Of a DNA stretch of 64,000 nt, positions 1 to 11,423 are shown in pieces. Numbering within the stretch: position 1 is the first letter of the stretch; every line of letters starts with the position of its first letter. A model generated the notes under the pieces. The model saw nothing but the letters and a program-made list of their open reading frames with translations, was not told the DNA's origin and made no database searches. The DNA is from Paraspadella gotoi. Its lineage: Eukaryota > Animalia > Chaetognatha. The stretch lies in assembly GCA_051294375.1 (NCBI GenBank), contig CM119266.1:20438780-20502779 (forward strand). Reading direction: 5' to 3'. The position numbers and the translations under genes were made by a program.

Positions 1-390
1 TTTTTTTTAAGGTAAAGAGAAAAAATGAAGAAAACGAGAGATGATGTTGTGAGTTGGAATTGGAGGAGGAAAACTGCGGAGATAATGAAAGGAAAATTGT
101 GAAAAAGAGAAAAAAAGGGTGAGTAATGATGGAGGAAAGGAGATCTGAGAAAGGAAAGAGTGAAAGGACCGATGGAGGAAGGAAGAGAAAACTGGGGGAG
201 TAAAGAGCGAGAGGACTGGAAAAGAAAATAAACGAGAACTGAGAATGAGGGAGGAAATAGCGAAAGGAAAGAAGAGAGAAAAGAGAAAGGTGAGAGCGTG
301 AGAACTGGATGAAAGAAAACGAAAACCGATGAAGAAAAGAGATGTGGAGGAAAGGAGGAAATAAAAAAGGAAAAAAATGAGAAAAAGAAG

Positions 391-450
391 AAAGGAGAAA
401 AGGAGAAAAGGAGAAAAGGAGAAAAGGAGAAAAGGAGAAAAGGAGAAAAG
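391..450. repeat. 8-bp tandem repeat (GAAAAGGA)x~7 inside a long purine-rich tract
   Basis: Directly visible; it explains the R/K/E low-complexity ORF 377..730. Confidence 0.9.
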
Positions 451-1406
451 AATAAAAAGAGGAAAGGAGGAAAAGGAGGAAAGGAGCCACGAAGGCGAAA
501 TCCCCGAAGTCGAGTTGTTCGACTCAGAGGACGAATCCGAACTGGAAAAACGGGAGAATCAAATAAGGAACTCCCCGCCGACTCCGCCGACGCCCTCCGA
601 CGCCCGCGACGCCAGCCGACGCCCGCTTTCTGGAGATGGTGCTCAGACCAAAGGAGATTGGCTCGGAGGGTGGGGGGGAATGGGAACTGATGTAAAAAGA
701 CATTTGGTTAGACTGAGATCCGGAAAATGAGAGAGAAGAACAGAGAGAGAGAGAGAGAGAGAGATGAGAGAGAAGAGAAGGAAGACGAAGAGACGAGAGA
801 GGAGTAGCAGAGAGAGATGAGAGGCAGAAGAGATCAATTTGTGGGAAGATCCAATTTTATGAAGTTATAGAAACGAAAGGATGGATATGGATAAATTGTT
901 TGACCGCGATGCAATTAGCGGTGAACGTCAAGATAACGTACCGAAGTTAAAATGTAAGAGAGGCCAGGGTTAGGAAAAGATTTAGATCGGGGTTAAACTT
1001 TAAAGGGAAACTCGTTTGAAGAATCGAGCAACAGTCGCGCGCCCAGTCTCCATGAATCCCTCAGGAATGCGTTACATGGGGGCGGGTCAATAATGGGTCC
1101 CAAGGCCCGGATCAATTTCGGCGCTAGGGGTCAGTAAAACCGAAGACCCCGAGATCTCTGACAAGAACTTGCATGAAATATCGAGGAAGAAAAACAAAAG
1201 GCCGACGTTTTTCGCAATAATAGAGGAAAAATAAGGAGGAACTTAAAGGCCGCGCTACGACATAAAACACAGGAAGCCAACGACGGAGAAAAAAAGAAAA
1301 AGAACCGAAATCAGACATAAAAAGCTGATGTTTGCTCGGAAATGGAAAACAAAATGGCGAATACGCGCGCGGACGGATCTAGAAGCACGGAAAGTTGTGT
1401 GTTAGC

Positions 1407-1515
<109 letters not shown>

Positions 1516-4500
1516 TGATGAAGATAAACAAAACGAAACGCGGCGGAATCAGGAAAGAGCGAGAGAGAGAGAGAGGGAGAGAGATGGAAAGAGAGAGAGA
1601 ATCCAATTAGGTTCCGCACGTCGAGTATTAGACTGAGAACGAAGCAAAGGGAAAATAAAAAGGAGCGCGAATTGCGAAGGATCAATCTTCGCCGTTGGCG
1701 TCGTCGTCGTCGTCGTCGTTGTCGTCGACGCCGCGAATTAGATTTGGATTCGCTTGAATTTTTGAAGTCGGTCTGATTAAAAGACGCGCTCGGGTTTTTT
1801 TATTTCATTTTTTGTCGCGTTTCTCGTCGCTTAAATTTTAAGTTTAACGAGCCGACGAGGAAGTCTGGTTTTTAAAAAAGGTCGGAATATAGAATTAAAC
1901 TTTTTTTTTTTAAATTGAGTTCCGATTTTCGTCTGAGCGCACTTAGTCGGTTTTTTTTTGTTTATTAGAATACACAAGCGCTTGGAGTGCTTTTTACATA
2001 TTTTTATACACATTAGTTAAACTAACTCTTAACAAAAACAAGGCAGCCGCGCGCTTGATCGAAGATACACGGTAGGGCATCCAATTAATCTTTTTCACAG
2101 TTTTTTTTTTCAAATTCTGTTCGGCCTTTTTTGATGTTTTTTTTATGACTTCCAGTACAGCAGACGCTCGATGAAAGTCTCTTTTCGAACTTGTGACGGG
2201 AAATCGAGGATAAATCTGTCGATAGCTTTTTCCTTTCTCCGCCATCGATCGTAATTCAATCTCCGATCAACAGTTTTTTTTTTTAAGTTTTTTTTTCTCG
2301 ATTCGAGATGAAAAAAAAAAGGCTAAATCTTTTCATGTGTGTTGTGGTTTAAACTATAAAGAGAAAGAAAGAAAAAAAATTCATCCAAACCTGATTTTGT
2401 GGGAACTGGAAAAAAAAACCCGTCGCCGTAAGTGAAGATTGACGTTGGGACTTTTGACCGGGGAGACCTGAGAAAGAGAGAGACAGAGAGAGAGAGAGGA
2501 TAAGTTAACGAACGCTCAGTCTACGAATTATTCATCGTTATCGGCTTAGACTTAGAGGGAAAATTTTTGTAAGAAAAAAATTGTTTTTTAAAAAGAAGCG
2601 ACCTCCCAAAAAAAAAATAATGTTCATTCATTGAATAAGAATGCAGAGAATTCGGGGAGCGAGGACCGAAGAAGGAATTGTCGATAAAGAGACGAAAAAA
2701 TAGAAGACCGCCGCCGAAGTTAAAAAAAAATTGAGAAATTAAAAAGAAGTTAAAAAGAAGTTGAGATGAAGTTAAAAAGAAGTTTATAAAAAGTTTAAAA
2801 AAGGAGTTTAAACAAAAATTAAAAATAATTTTAAAAGACATTCGATATCCGACCAATCATTGTTTAATAGACAATGTCTATAAAACACGTTTAACAAATT
2901 GGAGGTTGGAGAACAGAATTGAATTTTATCAGCCTATATTTGGAGAAATATTGGCAAAAAACATTTTACAAACAATTAGATTACGTCTTTTCAATGCAAT
3001 CGCGTCAATTTTGTATAATTAACAATCTTTTTTTCTTCCTCGACCAAGTTGAGCGAGACATTAACTTCTCATGGCCTTGCGGCTGTGACTGGTTAATGAT
3101 TATTCATTAGAATTATTATACTTGGTAAATAAACTTTGGAATAAAATTGCATTCTTGCGTTTAATTAAGAGCTGAAATAGTGAGAGTGAGTGGAGACGAT
3201 GAAAGGAAATTGGGAAAGGACGAACGGGTTTCTTCGTTGCTTCGAGTTATTATATATTAGAGACAGAGACCGAATTTAGCGACAGGAGAGTGGTATTGCG
3301 ATATGGTAGCGGTTATATCGGATGGACGGAGGAATAGGATGGACGATGACTTCGCTTTATCTTGACCATCATGAACCAATATTCGATGCAAAAATAGGGG
3401 GGGATAGTAAGAAAACATGATTATCGTCTTAAACGCTCTAGATTATTTAATTGAAAGCTAGAGAGAGAGAGAGATGAGAGAGACAGATTCGATGTAGTAG
3501 AGAGTTAGAGAGTAGAGAGAGTTAGAGAGAGTGAGATAGAAAGAGTAATAATGAAAGAGAAAGATACAGAGCCGAGAGAGAAAGAAAAGAGAGAAGAGAG
3601 AGAAGAGAGAGAGAGAGGAGAGAGAGAGAAAGAGAGAGAGAAAGAGAGAGATGAGATGAAGAGAGAAGATGAGAGATGAGAGAGAGAGAAGAGAGAGAGA
3701 TACCGTCATCCGAGGTGAATGTTTGATGTGGTTACAAACAATCGAGTCTCAATTTTCTCTCCATCATCTGACTGCTCCCCCGTTAACTCTCCCCCGCGTT
3801 CGACGAGTCGGCGGAACTCAGCTCGTTCTCACGTCAGCGCCGTCGGTCGCCCGCCCGAAGCCGTTAATGTGAATAATCTTTTGTTTTCTTCTTGAATTAT
3901 AATTACTATCGATTGTTATTCGACGGACGACGAGCGAGACGACGACGATGAGCACGACAACCGAATAATTTCTGTTCATTTCTGTTTTTTTTCTCTTCTC
4001 TGTTAATTTTAATTAGATTTATTTATATCGACACAGAAAGAACGTGAATAGTATATTACGAAGTTTTGAATCGACGTGTCGGGGCGACGTGAGATGAAAT
4101 CAGATATGGTTTTTTCTGCCACACGAAAAAACGGTTCCAGGTATGCCGAAGAAGGAGAAACTCTGCTCTACTCTCTCTCTCTCTCTCTCTCATCTCTCTT
4201 CTCTCTCTCTCTCTACTCTCTCTCATCTCTCATCTTCTCTCCTCTCTTTCTTCTTCGTCTTTCAAAGAAAAAAAACACGGTCATCTGGCCTTCCGCAGAA
4301 CTGGAACTGCATAAACCTTTAGAGGCAGAGTGCCGGCTCTTTTATGTTAACTGACCGCAATTTTTCTCCCGCCGCCCCTCCCACAGCCCTCTCCCGACAT
4401 TTTCAATTCAGTTCAGATTTTCTTTTCCTGTTTTTCGCTTTTTTTCTGTCAAAGCGCCTTAATGTCTTTCCTTTTCGCTCCCCTTTTTAATGATTTACGA

Positions 4501-5582
4501 TAAGACGGTAAGATTTTTTGCTGCGAAAATTCATCAACGTGGACCTCCGCCCACTCTCCTCTCCTTCGTTCTTCGATCTCTCTCTCTCTCCTCTCTCTCT
4601 TCCCCTCCCTCACTTTTTTTCCGTTGGACCTTCATAAATATCTCTCATACTCTTCTCGTCTCTCGTCTCAATTCTCTCTCCGTCTCTCGTCTCTCTCTCT
4701 CATCGTCGTCTCTCTCTCCTTCTGCCTCCTCGCATCTCGTCTCTCTCTCATCTCTCCTCTCTCTTTATCTCATGCGCCTCTCTCTCGCACTTATTCTGCT
4801 TTCCTCTTTATGCTCGTTTTTCTTGGACCATATCAGTTAGACGTAGAAAAAATTATTCTGATCGCAATGACTTCTCTCTTTCGTCTCTCGTGCTCCAATC
4901 TCCGATGCTCATCATCGGATCTCTCTCTCGTCTCTCGCTTTGTTGCGGCTTCTCTTTCACTCCCTCTTCTCTTCTCTCTTCTTTTCTCTTTTCTGTTTGA
5001 TCATCTCTCTTTCTTGTCTCTTACTCTCCACTCAGACCACTTGAATTGCATTAGGGCCCGTGGGGCGAAGATTGACGTCGACGCTGAAACCGACTTTTTT
5101 CGAAGTCATCGGCGACGCTAGCGCCATTTTTTCCCTCGCGTCTGACGCCCGTAACTTGCGCCACGAGTTTGGGCCAGCGTCAGACGTGGCTCTATCCTGT
5201 TGACGTTGGCGCCCCCACGCGTTTGAGCCAAACCCATTGTTGGCGCGACGCACGAGCGCCTCGACGGTTGAACTGGAATAGGGACTGGAGACGGTGGTAG
5301 GGGGAGCGGTGGCGGCGGAGGGAACAGCTAATCCTTCGTTTTTTATACAATTAATTCTTTTTTGCATAAATATGGCACTCGGTAAAAAGTTTGATTTAAA
5401 TTTAAGTGGATTTGTTTCAGAAGTCAGGGCCAAGATAGCTTGTATAATGTATATTGAATGAATGTTTGATTTTTATATTTGATGTTCTAATTTCATAAGT
5501 AGATCGAACGACTCAAATTTACTTTTAAGAATTCAAATAAAAACTTTTAGTGTTCTTTCTTATAGTCGCGTGATATTATACA

Positions 5583-5630
5583 TAGATATTTCACAGATAT
5601 TTCACAGATATTTCTCAGATATTTCACAGA
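5583..5630. repeat. 11-bp tandem repeat (CAGATATTTCA)x~4
   Basis: agatatttcacagatatttcacagatatttctcagatatttcacaga. Confidence 0.9.
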
Positions 5631-6032
5631 ACTTTCGAGCAATAACGAATCTTTATCTTTTCTCTTTTACTTTTAAGTTTCTTTGAGTCAAAAACCGACT
5701 TTTCTCTCCGGAACCCGACTCGCCCGAACGGAACAGAGAACGAGCCTTCAGCTCGACCTCTCCATTGAAGACCGAATACAAATACTCTATTATCGAGGCG
5801 ACGATTGGCGCCGAGACTCTATCCAAGTAGGACATTAACTTTTCACCGCACGCCGCTGCCGCAGCGGGCCGCCGCCGCAAGAACGCCGCCGCCGATTTCA
5901 CTTCCGGAACGAGTCTATAACTCGACTCACCCACCTTCCCTTACTTCCTCCCCTTCCATTTCGCTCTCCATCAAAAATATCTCGTACGATAATTTTTCCG
6001 CGCGCCAAGATTTATATCGCGGCGACGAAGAA

Positions 6033-6070
<38 letters not shown>
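6033..6070. repeat. (GAC)n microsatellite
   Basis: Run of gacgacgac. Similar GAC/GTC runs occur at ~1700, ~9755, ~13280, ~28680, ~52230, ~54225 and ~62545. Confidence 0.95.
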
Positions 6071-6395
6071 AGTAATTCTTGGCCGAGTTTAACCTTCGCC
6101 GTAATCGGTTTCAACCGGCGCTCGGAGTACTAGTTCCGTCCTTCCGACGATCATAACTCTTATCGCTTCCCTATTTTTTTTTCAACCTCTNNNNNNNNNN
6201 NNNNNNNNNNNNNNNNNNNNNNNNNNNNNNNNNNNNNNNNNNNNNNNNNNNNNNNNNNNNNNNNNNNNNNNNNNNNNNNNNNNNNNNNNNNNNNNNNNNN
6301 NNNNNNNNNNNNNNNNNNNNNNNNNNNNNNNNNNNNNNNNNNNNNNNNNNNNNNNNNNNNNNNNNNNNNNNNNNNNNNNNNNNNNNNNNNNNNNN

Positions 6396-6449
6396 GTTCA
6401 GGTCTCGCCTCGCCTTCAATTTGTTCAGGTCTCGCCTCGCCTTCAATTT
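6396..6449. repeat. 27-bp minisatellite (TTGTTCAGGTCTCGCCTCGCCTTCAAT), 2 visible copies abutting an N gap
   Basis: Two exact units immediately right of gap 6191-6395; the array probably continues into the gap. Confidence 0.8.
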
Positions 6450-6479
6450 TCTCCGCGAGTCCGTGTCATCAATTTGTCG

Positions 6480-6585
6480 CTGTCAATATCTGTCAAGAGG
6501 CGCCTGTCAGTATCTGTCATTAGGCGCCAGTCAGTTTTTGTCATTAGACGCCTGTCACTTTCTGTCATGAGGCGCCTGTCAGTTT
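6480..6585. repeat. 24-bp minisatellite (consensus ~CTGTCAGTATCTGTCATTAGGCGC)x~4.5
   Basis: Units diverge by substitutions; produces the RRLSVSVI-type periodic ORF 6474..6677. Confidence 0.85.
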
Positions 6586-7229
6586 TATTCCAGATTCATC
6601 CTTCGAATTTTTTTTTTTTTTTGGTGTCGAAAAAAATAAATCAGATTCTCTCATCAACTAATGCTGAGGAGATTTAAATAAAATGATATTCTTTGAAATA
6701 TTATAATATATATAATATTATATTATATAATATATTATATAATAAATCTGATTCTCTCATCAGCTAATGCTGAGGAGATTTAAATAAATTGCTATTCTTT
6801 GAAATACTATACCACTTCATTGATATGAAAGCCAGGTACTTTGGAAACAAATAAACTATACTGTAAGAGGGAGTCTTGATTGAAAGCTTGCCGGGATTTG
6901 CTATGTCATTATCTTGTCAAGAGTGATGGAGGCTTTAATCCACCAAAGCCTGTTCAAAGTCAGGAGCAAAATATCTTAATTATTAAATGATTAAATAATT
7001 TTAATATTGGTTGTACAAATTTCATGAAAGAAAGGTGGTTTACGGTGATTGGTTAACGTGAGAGTCGATCGTATTCTAGGTTCTGATTGGTCGCGAAGTA
7101 TTGATGCTGAATGCGGATTGGTCCAGGGGCAAGAGTGACGGAAGGTCTCGGTGAGGGTGAATACGAGGGTGACGATTCGCGTTGGTGAATCATCCTTTGG
7201 TCCCAATAAAAGCGGAATCCGATTAGCAA

Positions 7230-7261
<32 letters not shown>

Positions 7262-7860
7262 CAAAACCACAAGAGTAGAGATTTCTGTCATGAGCGCCTG
7301 TTCAGTTTATTCCAGATTCATCCTTCCGAATTTTTTTTTTTTGGTGTCGAAAAAATAAATCAGATTCTTCATCAACTAAGCTGAGGAGATTTAAATAAAA
7401 TGATTTCTTTGAAATACTATCACCACTTCATGATACTGAAGCCAGGAGTACTTTGGAAAAAATAAAGACATTACTGTAAGAGAGTATTATTGAAAGGCTT
7501 GCCTGGGATTTGCATATTCATTAGTCTGGTCAAGACGTGATGGAGGTCTTAATCGCACCAAAGGCCTGTTCAAAGTCGGAGCAAAATATACTAATTATTA
7601 ACATTATTAACATAATTGAATATTGGTTGTACAAATCCCCACATTGAGAAACGTGGTTACGGTGATTGGGAGTATAACAGAGACGCTCGACACTCGTATC
7701 TAGTTGGGTCGCGAAGTATTGATGCTCGAATGGCGGATTGTCAGGGGCAAGAGTGACGGAAAGGCTCGTGAGGTGTGAATACGAGTGTGACTGATTGCTG
7801 TTGAGGTGATCAGTCCTTTAGGTCCCAATAAAAGCGGATTCCGATTAGCAAACTCTCTCT
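6560..7860 (+). repeat. Direct tandem duplication: ~6560-7260 repeated at ~7283-7860 (second copy indel-rich)
   Basis: Shared anchors such as ttattccagattcatcc, ggtgtcgaaaaaa, cctgttcaaagtc and ggtcccaataaaagcgga occur in both copies in the same order. Confidence 0.9.
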
Positions 7861-7889
7861 CCTCTCTCTTCCTCTCTCTCTCTCTCTCA

Positions 7890-7920
<31 letters not shown>

Positions 7921-8820
7921 ATCTCTCCTCTCTCTTCTTATTCTCCATATATCTCGCATTCTGGATCACCAGAATCACCGCCTCTCCTCATCGCATAAAA
8001 AAAGGATCTCGAACATGCCTCTCTTCTCTTCTGTCTCTCCTCCTCTCTCCTCCTTCCTTCTCCTCTCTCCTCTCTCTCTCTTCTCTCCTCTCCTTCTCTC
8101 TCTCTCTCTCATACCGTTCCACCATTTTCCCTTCTCTAATCTCTCATCGCTTTTGACTCCTCTCCTCCAAACTCCTCATCTCATTTTTACTCTATATACC
8201 GCTCCACTACCTCCCACTCGCCTTCTCCCTCTCCCTCGTCTCTCTCCCTCTCCCTCTCCCTGAGAGGAATATACAGTAGAGGCCTTTCATCATGGAATCA
8301 GTTATATCCGAATTCTTACAAGCCTCCGCATACTAAATACGCTATTCTCATCTTCTCTCTCTCTCTCTCTTCTCTCTCTTATCTCCTCTCTCTCTCTCGC
8401 CTCTTCTCTCCTCTCTCTCTCTTCTCTTCCTCTCTCTCTCTCGTCTTTCTCTCTCCTTCGCTCATTCCTATTTCTCGATCTTCCGCGCTTTCTCCACTCT
8501 CCTCTCTCTCTCCTCACTTCCTTCTGTTATTCTTTCCGCTTTGACGTCACCCAAANNNNNNNNNNNNNNNNNNNNNNNNNAAAAGCGGTTTCCATGGCGA
8601 CGCCGGCGCCGGCGCCGGCGAGGGGGCCGCCGCCGGCGCCGCAGGAAACGATTACGGGCTGAGGATTTTTTTCCATTCGCCGACAATCGAAGGGCGACAA
8701 CAATGTGAGGAACCTCAATAACGACGTCGAAGTCGCGCGGAATAAATTCCGAGGGAAACATGATGGGTTCGGCATGGGCGCTGGGACTGAAGGGACGTTT
8801 GGGATTCGATTTCTGGCTTG

Positions 8821-8883
8821 GCACGGTGCCACGGTGCCACGGTGCCACGGTGCCACGGTGCCACGGTGCCACGGTGCCACGGT
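8821..8883. repeat. 8-bp tandem repeat (CACGGTGC)x~8
   Basis: gcacggtgccacggtgccacggtgcc...; produces the RGTVAPWH / GATVPRCH periodic ORFs. Confidence 0.95.
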
Positions 8884-11389
8884 TCTTTGTAGCAGATTGA
8901 ATTTTTCGAAGTTTTTCGAGGACGAAGGATAAAATGATAAAGTTTGACGAGATGTAGTATTCCGAGACGATACCAAAGTAAAAAAAATTGGTAAAACCGT
9001 TGTCAAATAATGTAAAATTATCCATTCATTCAATAAATAAGCTATCTTGAGTCTTGACTTTGGACAGGCTAGGGTGGCTTAAGGCCTTCACTCTTACAAG
9101 ATATAATGTAATGTACCAGAAAAGAAAAATGAATCGACTTTGTTTTCATTTAGGACTTCAACCGCAAGGAGACAAAAGAGAGAGACAGAAACTCTGGTCC
9201 ACTCTGAAGGACCCAACGAGAGAGATAGAGAGAGAGTGAGACGTGAATAGAAACCGAAGGACGGAAGGAGAGAGAGACATTTAGTTCAAGGACTTGGGAT
9301 GGAAAACTTCATCAATCACTTCTCTCTAAATCCTCTCATCGAAAGATGACTTTTTTCTCTTCTCCTTAATACGCCAAAATATTACCAAGGAGAGACGATT
9401 GATAACTCTCTCTCTCTCTCTCTTGCTCTCTCGTCTTCTCTCTCTCTCGTCTCTCTCTCCTCTCTCTCTCTCATCTCGTCTCTCCCTCTGACATTATCTA
9501 AATTATCGAAAGAAGTTTATATTGTATTTTCCCAGTTAATATTTTACCTTACTGATTAAGCAAGCATTGTTACTTAGTAGTCGAGAATGCCCCCATTTTT
9601 TTATATTTCCGGATGTTTTTATCGATCTGCTTCATCCAGAAACTAACTTAGGTTTCGCGATAACTAAATTCTCTTCCCTTCTTTCTTCAACTTCTCTCCT
9701 TCCCCATTTTTTTTTTACATCCACTTAGCGGAAACGACGTCCACTCGACTGATCGACGACGACGACGACGACGAAGACGACGATCCAACGCCCGAGAACT
9801 GACGTCATCGGCGAAATCCGGCGATAACGTCAAGACGCGGTCATAACGTCACACGGCGGTGGCCGAGAGAGAGAGAGAGAGAGAGAGACGATAAATCGAT
9901 GCATAAATCTCGCGGGCGTCGGCGAACATCACTTTGATTGTCGGTTTTCGCGAAGAAAGATTCGCACAGAAGGTTTCCGTTTTCTCTTTTTTTTTTTTGG
10001 TCCAGAACTTGAGCAGAAGCCGGCGCGAGTGCAGTGGTTCGGGCCGCGCACGGTGATTCGATAAGGCGGAATNNNNNNNNNNNNNNNNNNNNNNNNNNNN
10101 NNNNNNNNNNNNNNNNNNNNNNNNNNNNNNNNNNNNNNNNNNNNNNNNNNNNNNNNNNNNNNNNNNNNNNNNNNNNNNNNNNNNNNNNNNNNNNNNNNNN
10201 NNNNNNNNNNNNNNNNNNNNNNNNNNNNNNNNNNNNNNNNNNNNNNNNNNNNNNNNNNNNNNNNNNNNNNNNNNNNNNNNNGACTGATCCTTTGTCTCGC
10301 TTAAAACGCGGAAAAAAGAGATGAGAATAATTTATTTCACCATTTTATTAATTTTTAAATAATAGTTTCTCCTTCAGCACAGCGCGAAGAGCACTGTGAT
10401 CAAATTCGGGGCAGAGTTCGGGTCAAAACTGAGGACAAGAGAAGAGAATCTCGATAAAAAGTCGGGCAGTTTTCGGGATCATGAAATTCTTTTAGAGGAT
10501 GGAACTGTGGAAGTAGCCACTTGGGCAAAAGGATGACTATGAGAGAAAGAATGAAGNNNNNNNNNNNNNNNNNNNNNNNNNNNNNNNNNNNNNNNNNNNN
10601 NNNNNNNNNNNNNNNNNNNNNNNNNNNNNNNNNNNNNNNNNNNNNNNNNNNNNNNNNNNNNNNNNNNNNNNNNNNNNNTACGCTAAGCCTTTTGTGAGCG
10701 CTTGTTTTTTTTTTAATCATTTGTTTTATAATCTTTCTCTCTCTCTCTCATCTCGCTTCATCTCTCATTCTCTCTCATCTCTCATCATCTCTCACTCTCT
10801 CTCTCATTGCCGCTAAAAAAAACCTCCCTGTCATAGATAAGTGCGGAAAGATGTCTTCTCTTTCTCTCCGTCCCATTCTAAAAAAAAAGTCTATTGGTCT
10901 GTCGGTCCGTCTTCTAAATCCAGATAAGTGGAAAATCTGGGAAATCGCCGCGAATCGTTTCTCCGCCATTGCCTCGGCTTAATATATATCTTTCCCATTT
11001 AGCTCGCCGTCACCTGGCCGTCTCACATCCGGGGCTCTTTCAGCGAGTCTCGCATCCGGGGTCGACGAAGGTGTGAGGAAAGGAAGAAAGTGGAAAAGAG
11101 AGAGGAAGTAAGGAACGGTTTGATAGAGAAAATGACGGAGAGAGAGAGACGAGAGTCTGGAAACGAGAGACGACGAGAGACAGAGATGAGAGAGAGAGAT
11201 AGACGGCGTAGAGAGAAGAGAGAGACTAGAGATGACTGAGAGGGATGAGTGAGTAGAGCGATGTTGGAAAGAGACAGAAGACCGAAAGAAAAAAAAAAGA
11301 TGAGGAATTAATTGATGCGCAGGAAAAATGCGCTGGGACAGGGAAAAATCGCTTAAACCTTGCTGTATTTTTAATTTCAGCTTTTTTTA

Positions 11390-11423
<34 letters not shown>

